Assembly (NCBI GenBank): GCA_030824075.1
Contig: JAVBYJ010000024.1
Span: 8,685 to 72,684, forward strand
Direction of reading: 5' to 3'
From: Geothrix sp.
Lineage (GTDB): Bacteria > Acidobacteriota > Holophagae > Holophagales > Holophagaceae
Length of the DNA: 64,000 nt
The notes below the pieces were generated by a model. The model saw only the letters and a list, made by a program, of their open reading frames with translations, was not told the origin of the DNA and searched no databases. Below are positions 1 through 8,945 of this stretch, piece by piece. A program made the translations under genes and the position numbers. The first letter of the stretch is position 1. Every line of letters starts with the position of its first letter.

Positions 1-754
1 AGATCTCCTGGAAGAAATCCTTCATGTGCTGCCAGCTGCGGCGGTGGGCCGCTTCGTTGTAGGCGGCCCCCTTCGAGTTGTCGTGGCCAGCCTCCTTCTG
101 CGCGAAGGCGTGGACGGCTCCGGCGTAGGCCACGAACACGTAATCCGCCTTGGCCTTCCGCATCTCGTCCTGAAAGGCGGCCACATCCTTGGCCGGCACG
201 AAGGGGTCATCTGCCCCATGGCAGACCAGCACCTTGGCGCCGATGGGCCCAGGAACAGCGTCTGCGGGCACATCCAGCCCTCCATGGAATGAGACCACCC
301 CTTTCACCGGCAACCCGCCCCGGGCGGCCTCCAGGGCCCCCGTGCCGCCGAAACAGAAGCCGATGACGGCGAGGCGGCTGCCATCCACGCCCTTCTGGGC
401 TTTCAGCGCCTCGATGGCCGCGGCGATGCGACGGCGGTAGAGGGCGCGATCGCCCTTGAACGAGCCCGCCAGTTTCCCAGCCTCTCCCGTAGTCTTGGGC
501 CGCACGCCCTCCCCATAGATGTCCGCCGCCAGGGCCACGTAGCCCAGCTTGGCGAGGTCGTCCGACACCTGGCGCTCATGCTCCGTGAGGCCCATCCACT
601 GGTGGATCACCACCACGCCCGGGATCTTGCCCTTCGCGGCAGCGGGCTTCGAGAGGTAGCCCGCGAGCCTCGTGGCACCATCCGAGTAGACCAGTGGCTG
701 CCCTGCGCAAACGGGAAGAGCGGCGAGGGAAAGGGCGAGCGCAGCACAGCGCAT
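1..754 (-). CDS. dienelactone hydrolase family protein, C-terminus runs off the window start
   Basis: Reverse translation from the ATG at ~754 gives a signal peptide (MRCAALALSLAALPVCA) followed by DLH-fold motifs (VVVIHQWMG, GFCFGG, HG..D). The protein runs to the window edge. Confidence 0.7.
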   Translation of the reverse strand, partial: MRCAALALSLAALPVCAGQPLVYSDGATRLAGYLSKPAAAKGKIPGVVVIHQWMGLTEHERQVSDDLAKLGYVALAADIYGEGVRPKTTGEAGKLAGSFKGDRALYRRRIAAAIEALKAQKGVDGSRLAVIGFCFGGTGALEAARGGLPVKGVVSFHGGLDVPADAVPGPIGAKVLVCHGADDPFVPAKDVAAFQDEMRKAKADYVFVAYAGAVHAFAQKEAGHDNSKGAAYNEAAHRRSWQHMKDFFQEI

Positions 755-817
755 GGGAGCCTCCTGGGTCGGAGACCGATCCTATAGCTGTTTGGACGGG
801 GATTCCAGGGGAACCCT

Positions 818-1273
818 TCAGCGTCCAGTGCTGCCGTAGCCTCCGCCGCCCCGCTCGGTATCGCCTAGCGCTTCGAGGCTGGACTCGGAAATCCAGGTCC
901 AGCTTGCCACGGGCGCCACCAGCAGCTGGGCGATGCGCTCGCCCCGGCCCAGCTCGAAGGCGGTCTCGCCGTGATTGACGAGCAGCACCTGCACTTCGCC
1001 ACGGTAGTCGGCATCGATGGTGCCCGGCGCGTTCAGCACTGTGAGCCCATGACGCAAAGCCAGGCCCGAGCGGGGCCGCACCTGCCCTTCGAAACCTGGC
1101 GGAATCGCCATCACGAGGCCCGTGGGCACCAGCCGGCGCTGGCCCGGCGCAAGGGTCCAGGTCACACCCTCGGGTATCGCCGCCCGCAGATCCATGCCCG
1201 CCGCGTGGGCCGTGGCCGCCGCTGGAAGGTCAAGGCCAAGGCCGTGAGGGAGCTGGTGGACGGGGATGCGCAT
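818..1273 (-). CDS. dut: dUTP diphosphatase
   Basis: 151 aa with conserved dUTPase motifs ([43 protein letters not shown]). Confidence 0.9.
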   Translation of the reverse strand: MRIPVHQLPHGLGLDLPAAATAHAAGMDLRAAIPEGVTWTLAPGQRRLVPTGLVMAIPPGFEGQVRPRSGLALRHGLTVLNAPGTIDADYRGEVQVLLVNHGETAFELGRGERIAQLLVAPVASWTWISESSLEALGDTERGGGGYGSTGR

Positions 1274-1429
1274 CTAGAAAGATTCAGCGGAATGAACCTG
1301 AAAGGGGAAGAAAAAATAGCCACGGATGGACTCAGATGGACTCAGATAAAAAGCTGCACATGGTTCGAGGGAGCACTCACCCATTGAAGTAGGGCAGGCC
1401 TCAAAGCCCGTATCTGCGTTCATCCGTGT

Positions 1430-2533
1430 TCATCCGTGGCTTATTCGTCTTTCGTGGAGGTCCTTCCCTTTCACCAGCTGCCCGCAGGCCCCCTGCACGT
1501 CCCGTCCCCGGCTGCGGCGGACGGTGACGAAGCAGCCCCGGGCCTTCAACCAGTCCGAGAAGGCCTGGACGCGGGCCTCGCCGGGCTGGCGAAAGGAGCT
1601 GGCGTCATGCTCGTTCATGGGGATGAGGTTCAGGTTGTGCCCGCGCCGCAGGTCGCCCAGCCAGGCGGCCAGGCGCTCCGCATCGGCCTCGGTATCGTTC
1701 TCACCTGCCAGCAGCACGTACTCGAAGGTGAGCTTCTCGCCGCGCTTCAGGCCCCAGGCATCGAGCGCCTGCCGGAGCCGCGCCAGGTCCCACACCCGGT
1801 TCACGGGCATGGTGCGGCTGCGGGCCTCGTCCGTGGTGGCGTTGAGGCTCAGGGCCAGCATGGGCCGGGGTTCCAGCTTCGCCAGCTTCTCAATGCCGCT
1901 CACCAGGCCCGAGGTGCTGACCGTGATGCGCCCCATGCCGATGCCCAGACCGGCGGGGTGGCCCATCAGGCGGATGGCGCGATGCAGGTGCTCCAGGTTG
2001 TGCAGCGGCTCGCCCATGCCCATGAATACGAGCGTGAGGAGGTGTCCGCGATCGGGCCCCAGCTCCGCCATCACGGCCAGCACCTGGCCCAGAATCTCGC
2101 CGGGCTGGAGGTTGCGCAGGATGCCCATGCTGCCCGTGGCGCAGAAAGTGCAGCCCATGGCGCAACCCACCTGGCTGGAGAGGCAATAGGTCACCCGCGG
2201 GTTCCGCACCTTCCGTGGCATGTGGACGGCCTCGATGCGCTTCCCATCCGCCAGGTCCAGGGCCAGCTTCGTGGCGCCATCGGCGGAGGGTTGCTGTTCC
2301 ACGATGCGCGGCAGCCGCAGATCGGCCACGCCTTCCAGCCAGCGGCGAATGCCAGATCCCAGGTCGGGCGCGCCGTCCTTCCACGTCCAGGGGCGATGCA
2401 GGCGCCGGAAGGTCTCCAAAGCACTACCAGGGCAGCCCAGCGCCGCCAGCTCCTCCGGAAACAGCGACCAGGCCGAGGGCAGGCCCGCCCGTTCGGGCGC
2501 GGGGCGATCCCAGGGCATGGACCCCACGGTCAT
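1430..2533 (-). CDS. rlmN: 23S rRNA (adenine2503-C2)-methyltransferase, radical SAM
   Basis: 367 aa with a CxxxCxxC radical-SAM motif (CAMGCTFCATG). RlmN/Cfr family signatures GMGEP and SLNA. Confidence 0.88.
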   Translation of the reverse strand: MTVGSMPWDRPAPERAGLPSAWSLFPEELAALGCPGSALETFRRLHRPWTWKDGAPDLGSGIRRWLEGVADLRLPRIVEQQPSADGATKLALDLADGKRIEAVHMPRKVRNPRVTYCLSSQVGCAMGCTFCATGSMGILRNLQPGEILGQVLAVMAELGPDRGHLLTLVFMGMGEPLHNLEHLHRAIRLMGHPAGLGIGMGRITVSTSGLVSGIEKLAKLEPRPMLALSLNATTDEARSRTMPVNRVWDLARLRQALDAWGLKRGEKLTFEYVLLAGENDTEADAERLAAWLGDLRRGHNLNLIPMNEHDASSFRQPGEARVQAFSDWLKARGCFVTVRRSRGRDVQGACGQLVKGKDLHERRISHG

Positions 2534-3804
2534 CAGGCCACCAGATCCTGCGGGCGAATGTCGCAGCCGCGGCGGGTGCCCAAAGCACTGAGGCCAACCT
2601 GGGCGGGGTCCAACATGTCCTGAGCCACCCGGAGCAGGTCGTCGAGGGTCACGGTCTCGATTTCCGTCATCTGCTGATCGAGGCTGCGCAGCTCACCAAA
2701 GTGGATGGCCTGATGGGCCAGGCTGAACATGCGGCTGCTGCTGCTCTCCTGACCGAAGACCAGACCGGTGCGGGCCTGGAGCTTGGCCCGCTCAAGTTCG
2801 TCGGCCTCCACGCCCTTCTCGCGAATCCGTGCGCATTCGACCATGGTCCGCTGCACCAGCTCCCGGAGCTGGGCCGGGGCGCAGCTGGCGCTGATCTGCA
2901 GGGCGCCGGTATCGGCATAGGGACTGAGGTAGCTGCCCACCTGGTAGCAGAGCCCCCGCCGCTCGCGCAGTTCCATGAAGAGCCGGGAGGCCATGCCACC
3001 ACCCAGCACATGGCTCAGGAGGTGTGCTGCGGCGCGATCCGAGGATCGGTGGCCGGGTGAGGGAAAGCCCATGACCAGGTTGGCCTGCTGGAGGTCTTTG
3101 CGGGGCACATTCAGCACGAAGGGACGGGTCCCGGCCGAGGCGACGGGCAGGTGCGCCGTCCCCTTCGGCAGACGCTCCAGGATGGGTTTCAAAAGCTCAA
3201 GAAAGGGCCCCGTCTCGATGGCGCCCGCGGCAGCCACCACAAGGTTGGGGGCGCGGTACGTGTGGTCGAAAAAGGCGCGGGCCTCGGTGGGCCCGTAGCC
3301 GGAGACCTGATCGCGCAGTCCCAGGATGGGGTGGGCCAGCGGCGTGCCCTCCCAGAAACCGCCGTAGAACAGCTCGCTCACCCAGTCATCCGGCTGGTCC
3401 TCGCTCTGGGCGATCTCCTCCAGGATGACGCCGCGCTCACGGACGAGTTCCTCTGCCTCGAACAGCGGCGAGGTCACCAGCTCGCCCAGCAGGTGCACCA
3501 GCTCCGGCAGCTGGTCTGCCAGAACCTTGCCGTAGAAGCAGGCCACCTCTTTGCCCGTGAAGGCATCCACATGGCCGCCCAGGCGGTCCGTGGCGGCGGC
3601 CAATTCATCAGGCGTCGGGTAGGCCGCCGTGCCCTTGAAGACCGTGTGCTCCAGGAAGTGGGCCAGCCCCTCTTCCGCCGGGCCCTCGTGCCGGGAACCT
3701 CGACGCACCCAGAACCCCACGGCGCAGCTCCGCACATGCGGCAGCTGCTCGATCAGGATCTCGGTGCCGGTGGAGGCGATGGAGTGGAAGGGTGACTGCG
3801 ACAT
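2533..3804 (-). CDS. M16 family (pitrilysin/insulinase-like) zinc peptidase
   Basis: 423 aa with the inverted zinc motif HFLEH near the N-terminus and the typical M16 two-domain length. Confidence 0.85.
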   Translation of the reverse strand: MSQSPFHSIASTGTEILIEQLPHVRSCAVGFWVRRGSRHEGPAEEGLAHFLEHTVFKGTAAYPTPDELAAATDRLGGHVDAFTGKEVACFYGKVLADQLPELVHLLGELVTSPLFEAEELVRERGVILEEIAQSEDQPDDWVSELFYGGFWEGTPLAHPILGLRDQVSGYGPTEARAFFDHTYRAPNLVVAAAGAIETGPFLELLKPILERLPKGTAHLPVASAGTRPFVLNVPRKDLQQANLVMGFPSPGHRSSDRAAAHLLSHVLGGGMASRLFMELRERRGLCYQVGSYLSPYADTGALQISASCAPAQLRELVQRTMVECARIREKGVEADELERAKLQARTGLVFGQESSSSRMFSLAHQAIHFGELRSLDQQMTEIETVTLDDLLRVAQDMLDPAQVGLSALGTRRGCDIRPQDLVA

Positions 3805-3830
3805 CCTTACAGTCTACAGTCCGTCACCTC

Positions 3831-4625
3831 CTAGCCTTCGGCTTCACTCCCTGCCAAGCCCACTGGAGTCCGTTGCAGCTTCCAGCCCGCCAGGGCCCAG
3901 CAGAGGGCCCCGAAGGCGAGGAGCGCGAGCAGGGCCAGGGCCGGATGAGTGGTCACCTGCTCCTGGGCCAGCAGCTGGTGGGCATGAACTTGGCCCGCCC
4001 GGCTGCCGGCGAGGCTTTCGATGTGGTGGGTGAAGGTCAGGCGCTGAAGGAAGGGTGGGAAGATCCGCACCAGCGGCTCCCACAGAAAGAAATAGAGGGC
4101 GCCCCAGAGCGTGCCGCGCTTGAAGAGCAGACCCACCAAGGTCATCAAGGCCAGTTCACCCCACCAGGCCCCCACCAGCCCCAACAGCCGACCCGGCAGC
4201 AGGGCGGGATCCCCGCCAAGAACCTGGAGGCCCAGGGCCCCGAGAACAAGCCAGATGGCGCCCCAGGCAAACCAGGGCAGGCCCTTGCCCAGTGGCAGGG
4301 CCCAGGCGGGTGCGGGACGCACCAGCAGCAGCGGCAGCGTGCGCTGTTCCAGATCCTCCCGGATGCCCGCGGGGGCCGCCACCAAGGCCATGATGGGCAG
4401 CATCATCTTCACCAGCACTTCATGGAAGACTCTGAGGGCTTCGCTGGGATAAGGGCGGCCTTCCGCACCCTTGATGTGGGCCACGGTGTAGATGACCAGA
4501 CTGAGGGCCACCGGCACCATGACCAGGGACGCCACCACCCAACCGCGCCCCTGGAACACGCGGGGAAGGTAGCCCCGCGCCGTGGCGCGGATGGTCGCCA
4601 GGGGAGAAGGAGCGGCAATGGTCAT
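3831..4625 (-). CDS. ABC-2 family transporter permease
   Basis: Multi-TM hydrophobic protein immediately downstream of an ABC ATPase. Start taken at the internal Met (MTIAAPS), because upstream of it the ORF overlaps a repeat-containing spacer. Confidence 0.6.
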   Translation of the reverse strand: MTIAAPSPLATIRATARGYLPRVFQGRGWVVASLVMVPVALSLVIYTVAHIKGAEGRPYPSEALRVFHEVLVKMMLPIMALVAAPAGIREDLEQRTLPLLLVRPAPAWALPLGKGLPWFAWGAIWLVLGALGLQVLGGDPALLPGRLLGLVGAWWGELALMTLVGLLFKRGTLWGALYFFLWEPLVRIFPPFLQRLTFTHHIESLAGSRAGQVHAHQLLAQEQVTTHPALALLALLAFGALCWALAGWKLQRTPVGLAGSEAEG

Positions 4626-4652
4626 GAATTCCCCCAGGTGGGATCGCGTTGT

Positions 4653-4746
4653 GAGGAACCCCCGGACAAGACAAGCCCGGGGCTGGCTCCGCCGGTTCCG
4701 GGCGCGGGGGCCCGGGGGTGTTCGCGCAGCGAGGAACCCCCGGACA
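4653..4746. repeat. two perfect 16-bp direct repeats (gaggaacccccggaca) flanking a GC-rich palindromic spacer, inside the ABC operon spacer
   Basis: Copies at 4653..4668 and 4731..4746. The ~60 nt between them is GC-rich and partly self-complementary (cccggggc...gcccgggg). Confidence 0.5.
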
Positions 4747-4749
4747 GCA

Positions 4750-5670
4750 TTAGGCATGATCCTTCGTCAGGTATTGGAAAACGGCATCCAGGTTCAGATC
4801 CAGGGGATCCAGCGCCCGGAGTGGGATGGCGCCCTCGGCGGCGGCCTTTTGGAGGCGAGGAAGGAGGTCGCGGGGAGAGCCCACCGAGATCACCACCCCA
4901 CCGTCCTCCATGCGCAAGGCGGCCAACTCCGGCTGCTCCACCGCCCAGCGGGCCAGGGCCTGGGCCTCGCCCGTAAGGCGCAGTTCCACGGGATGTCGAT
5001 CCAGCAGCTGGCGAATCTCCGTGACCGTGCCTTCGGCCAGCAGGCGGCCCCGGAAGAGCAGCAGGATGCGGTCCGTGAGCTGGGCAATCTCGCCCAGGAT
5101 GTGGCTGGAGACGAGGACACGCGTACCTTGCGTGGCGAGATCCCGCAGCAGGGCCATGAGGACGAGCCGCGCCTCGGGGTCCAGGCCATTGAAGGGCTCG
5201 TCGAGGATGAGCAGGTCCGGTTCATGCAACAGGGCCTGGGCCAGGCGGATGCGCTGGCGCATGCCCTTGGACATGCGGGTGAAGGTGAGGTGGGCCCGGT
5301 CCGCCATGCCCACGGTGTCCAGGACGCGGGCCACGGCTGACTTCAACCCGTCGCCCGACAGCCCCGACAACTCGCCCATCATGCGCAGCCAGCGGTCGGC
5401 GCGCAGGCCCATCGGCAGGCGGTCGCCCTCTGGCACCATGCCCAGACGGGCCAGCACGGCGGGGTTGCGGAAGGGGGCTTCACCAAAGACCCTGACGTCG
5501 CCGCCCGAGGGCGGCAGCAGACCCGAGAGCAATTGCAGCAGTGAGGACTTGCCAGCGCCGTTGGGGCCCAGCAGACCCGTGATGCCACCGCCGTCCGGCA
5601 GCTCGAAGGTGGTGGGGCTGAGGCCCAGGATGGGGCCGTAGCGGAGAGAGGCGCGATCCAGCTTAATCAT
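4750..5670 (-). CDS. ABC transporter ATP-binding protein
   Basis: Walker A (GPNGAGKSS), ABC signature (LSGGMRQR-like MSKGMRQR) and Walker B (ILDEP). Start at MIKLDRASL; the upstream in-frame extension is Gly/His-rich junk. Start overlaps the stop of the upstream permease by 1 nt. Confidence 0.85.
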   Translation of the reverse strand: MIKLDRASLRYGPILGLSPTTFELPDGGGITGLLGPNGAGKSSLLQLLSGLLPPSGGDVRVFGEAPFRNPAVLARLGMVPEGDRLPMGLRADRWLRMMGELSGLSGDGLKSAVARVLDTVGMADRAHLTFTRMSKGMRQRIRLAQALLHEPDLLILDEPFNGLDPEARLVLMALLRDLATQGTRVLVSSHILGEIAQLTDRILLLFRGRLLAEGTVTEIRQLLDRHPVELRLTGEAQALARWAVEQPELAALRMEDGGVVISVGSPRDLLPRLQKAAAEGAIPLRALDPLDLNLDAVFQYLTKDHA

Positions 5671-6530
5671 CAGATCACCGCTTCCGAAGGCCGGGTCCGC
5701 CGGGCGGCCACAAAGGTCCAGAGGCTGATGTGGAAGGCCGTGCCTAGTAGCGCGGGCAGCCAGGCCACCATCGGATGATCGACACCGACGAAGAGCTGGG
5801 GCCAAGCCTCGGCCAGCATGACGGGGTTCAGCGCATCCACGGCCTTGATCCCCGTGAGGCCATGAATCATCGTGGCCAGCGTGCCCGCCCCCAACACAAG
5901 GCCCAGCACCCACCCAATGCCCGCCCGGGGGGTGGCGGCCATGCTGGACGCACCCACAGCCAGCGCTCCCATGAGGACCGAGCTGATGGCCATGGCCGGC
6001 AGCAGCCGCAGTGGCGCGGTCGCCCACACCGGCCCGTGGAGGCCCGCCAGCAGCAGGGACATGCCCCAGGGCAGCAGAGCGAAGGGCAGCAGGATGACAA
6101 AGGGCAGGAGCGACGCGAAACCAAGCTTGGCAAGGAGGTAGTCCCTGGGCGCCACAGGATGGGCGTACATCAGGGGCCGCACACGGTAGAGGGTGTCCCG
6201 CGCCACCAGCCCGCCGCCCACCAGGGCCACGAGAAACCAGAGCAGATAGCTGGCGGGATTCAGCAGATCCGCCTGGAAATCCGCGCCCTGGGTGAGGATG
6301 GTCTTGGCGAAGTCCTGCATGGGCTTGAAGGCCTGGTTCGTCTGGAGCAGGTGGTCGATGTAGATGCGCGCCACCTTCCAGAGCAGCACCATGAGGAAGG
6401 CAAACCCGAAGAAGCGGCCGATCTTCTGGCGCCAGAGGCGCGTGAGGTCGAAGCGCATGAGCACCAGGGCGGGAGGGTGGCCCTGATGGAGGTCCGGCGC
6501 AGGCGGAAGCGTGGGGGCGTAGATGGGCAT
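5670..6530 (-). CDS. ABC-2 family transporter permease
   Basis: 286 aa, ~6 TM segments, sits between two ABC ATPase genes with translational coupling. Confidence 0.6.
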   Translation of the reverse strand: MPIYAPTLPPAPDLHQGHPPALVLMRFDLTRLWRQKIGRFFGFAFLMVLLWKVARIYIDHLLQTNQAFKPMQDFAKTILTQGADFQADLLNPASYLLWFLVALVGGGLVARDTLYRVRPLMYAHPVAPRDYLLAKLGFASLLPFVILLPFALLPWGMSLLLAGLHGPVWATAPLRLLPAMAISSVLMGALAVGASSMAATPRAGIGWVLGLVLGAGTLATMIHGLTGIKAVDALNPVMLAEAWPQLFVGVDHPMVAWLPALLGTAFHISLWTFVAARRTRPSEAVI

Positions 6531-6533
6531 GTA

Positions 6534-7457
6534 TCAGACTCCCGTCGCCGGATGGAGGGCACGCAGCAGCACTTCGTCCAGCCGGTCATGGCGTGGCGTG
6601 ACCTGCACCAGGGTCGCTCCCTGCGCTTGTGCCCAACGGAAAGCACCCGTGGGATCGGCTTCAGTCAGTTCCAGATCGTAGAGGCCGTTCCGCGCCTCCA
6701 GCACGGTGCCCAATTCGACCAGGGCAGCCTCCTGAGGCGCGTCCAACGGATCCAGGAACCGCAGCTCCACGCGCTTGGCGAGGGCCTTGCGGAGTCCCGC
6801 CATCGACCCCGCCGCCTTGATCTCTCCTTGATCGAGGATCACCAGCTGGTCGGCCACGCGCTCCACGTCGCCCAGCAGATGGGAGGCCAGGATCACGCCC
6901 GTTCCCAATTCGGCGTGCACGCGCAACACCAGGTCCAGCATGCGGCGGCGGCCATCGGGATCCAGGCCATTGGTGGGTTCGTCGAGAAAGATCAGCTCGG
7001 GACTGTGCACCAGCGCCTGGGCCAGCTTGACGCGCTGCCGCATGCCTGTGGAATAGCCGCTGACGGGCCGGTAGCGGGCCTCGTCCAGCCCCACGAAATA
7101 GAGCACTTCATGGGCGCGGTCCCGGGCGGCCTCCGGTGCGAGGCCGCTCAGCTCGCCCCAGAAGGCCACCTGCTCGTATGCGGAAGCGTCCTCAATGAGG
7201 GCATCGTATTCGGGCATGTAGCCGATGCGGGCCCGCAGCCTCGCGGCCTCGGGGGCTCCCAGGGCCACGCCCAGCACCGAACCGGAGCCGCGGGAAGGGG
7301 TCAGGAGGCCCAGCAGAGCCTTCAGCAGGGTCGACTTGCCCGCGCCATTGGGACCAAGCAACCCGACGATGCCTCGATCCAGGGTCAGGGTCAGACCCTT
7401 CAGAGCGGGTTCCAGCGCCTTGGGGTAACGCACTTCAAGGTTCTCAAAGGCAATCAA
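6534..7457 (-). CDS. ABC transporter ATP-binding protein
   Basis: Walker A (GPNGAGKST), signature (YSTGMRQR) and Walker B (IFLDEP). First gene of the minus-strand operon. Confidence 0.85.
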   Translation of the reverse strand: MIAFENLEVRYPKALEPALKGLTLTLDRGIVGLLGPNGAGKSTLLKALLGLLTPSRGSGSVLGVALGAPEAARLRARIGYMPEYDALIEDASAYEQVAFWGELSGLAPEAARDRAHEVLYFVGLDEARYRPVSGYSTGMRQRVKLAQALVHSPELIFLDEPTNGLDPDGRRRMLDLVLRVHAELGTGVILASHLLGDVERVADQLVILDQGEIKAAGSMAGLRKALAKRVELRFLDPLDAPQEAALVELGTVLEARNGLYDLELTEADPTGAFRWAQAQGATLVQVTPRHDRLDEVLLRALHPATGV

Positions 7458-7653
7458 GCGAATGCTCCAGTGATGTTGGCGGCTACGAGCTTGCCAGAGA
7501 ATGGATTAGGGGCCGTTGCGAAACCACCGCCGCCTTCCCTGGATATTCGTCGGGGCCCCTCCGGTCGTCCACCCGGGTGAGCGGATTGGATTGTTTTATG
7601 AAAGCGACTTAGGCTGGACGGGATCATCCTCCCACCATCCCCCAAGGATCTGC

Positions 7654-8868
7654 ATGCACGTCCTTGATTGGTCCCTGCTCGACGCCCTCCAAACGGGGGC
7701 CCTGGCCACGCTTTTCTTCGGCTTCGGCACGGGGGCCCTGTCGCGCCGTGACCGCATGATGGGCTGGCTGGCCCTGACCTGCCTGCTGGTGGGACTCCGC
7801 CATGCTCTGCTGGCCCTCAGTGGCCTGCCGTCGATGAACCCGGATCTGGTGGACCGGGCCCAAAGCCTGCTGGTGGCCTTCGGATTCATCTCGCTCTGCC
7901 TGGCCCTTACCCATCTCTTCCCAAGGCATGTCTCTCCACGCTTCCCGGCCTGGATCGGCTTGGGCATGATTCCCAATTTCCTGCGGAACCTCATGCTGCC
8001 CCATCCCGGCTTCGCCGATACCTGGATGCATCACGCCTCCAACGTGACCTACCTGGTGGGGTGCGGCTTCATCATCTTCTGGACCCTACGGGCGAGGCAG
8101 GATGGTGATCCCATGGGCCGCCGCCTCTTCCTGGGATTCCTCGGGGTGACGCTACCGGTGGTCGTGGAGATCGCCGCCTTCAGCCTGTTCAACATGAAGA
8201 TCCGCCTGTCCGGATTCAGCCTGGTCATTCTCGCCATGGCCATCGGAACGTCCTGGCAGTGGCTGGTGGTGAACGCGATGGAATCCCGGATCCACAAAGC
8301 CGAATCGGAAGCCGAGCTATGGCGGAACCTTGTTCCGGGCAATGCCTTCCGCACCGATCGGTCCTCGGCGCTGATGGAGGGCCTCTTCGGCCCCGCCTGG
8401 GCCGACACCGTGAAGGCCCATCCGGACGCCCCACTGGTGGGGGCGGATGGGTTCACCTACCGGCTGCAGACCCGGGTGCTCCACCACCAGGAGCGGCTCG
8501 GCTGGTATGAGCGCGACGAGGACACCCAGCCGGGCTCCCGCGGCTTCCTGTCCGGCTGGACGGTGGGCCTGGGCCTGGATGATGCCTCCGCCAGTTCCCG
8601 GATCCAGGGACTGCTGCACGACTGGGGAGCCGAGGTGCAGATGTGGGGCACCGTACCTCCCCGGGAGGGCCCGTACCCCAGCATCCTCCTGTGGGCCCGG
8701 GAGCCGAGCATCCTCGCCGTGTGGCGCGAAGATAACCTGTTGCGGCGCCGTCCCCGATGGGTTCAGATCGGCGGACCCACCACCCAAGGACCCCACGTAC
8801 GTCTGGAACCCAATCCATCCGAAGACAGCCTGCGGCGGATCCTGGAGGAACTGCTCTCCAGACGCTGA
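7654..8868 (+). CDS. hypothetical membrane protein (~7 TM N-terminal half, soluble C-terminal ~150 aa)
   Basis: Start at the internal Met (MHVLDW); upstream of it the ORF covers the divergent promoter region. Codon third positions are GC-rich. No recognisable catalytic motif. Confidence 0.5.
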   Translation: MHVLDWSLLDALQTGALATLFFGFGTGALSRRDRMMGWLALTCLLVGLRHALLALSGLPSMNPDLVDRAQSLLVAFGFISLCLALTHLFPRHVSPRFPAWIGLGMIPNFLRNLMLPHPGFADTWMHHASNVTYLVGCGFIIFWTLRARQDGDPMGRRLFLGFLGVTLPVVVEIAAFSLFNMKIRLSGFSLVILAMAIGTSWQWLVVNAMESRIHKAESEAELWRNLVPGNAFRTDRSSALMEGLFGPAWADTVKAHPDAPLVGADGFTYRLQTRVLHHQERLGWYERDEDTQPGSRGFLSGWTVGLGLDDASASSRIQGLLHDWGAEVQMWGTVPPREGPYPSILLWAREPSILAVWREDNLLRRRPRWVQIGGPTTQGPHVRLEPNPSEDSLRRILEELLSRR

Positions 8869-8945
8869 CCCTGGGCGCGGATGAACCTGGGCGCTGACCC
8901 TGCGGCACTTGCCCGAAAGCGCGCCTTCCATCGGAGAATGGGCGG

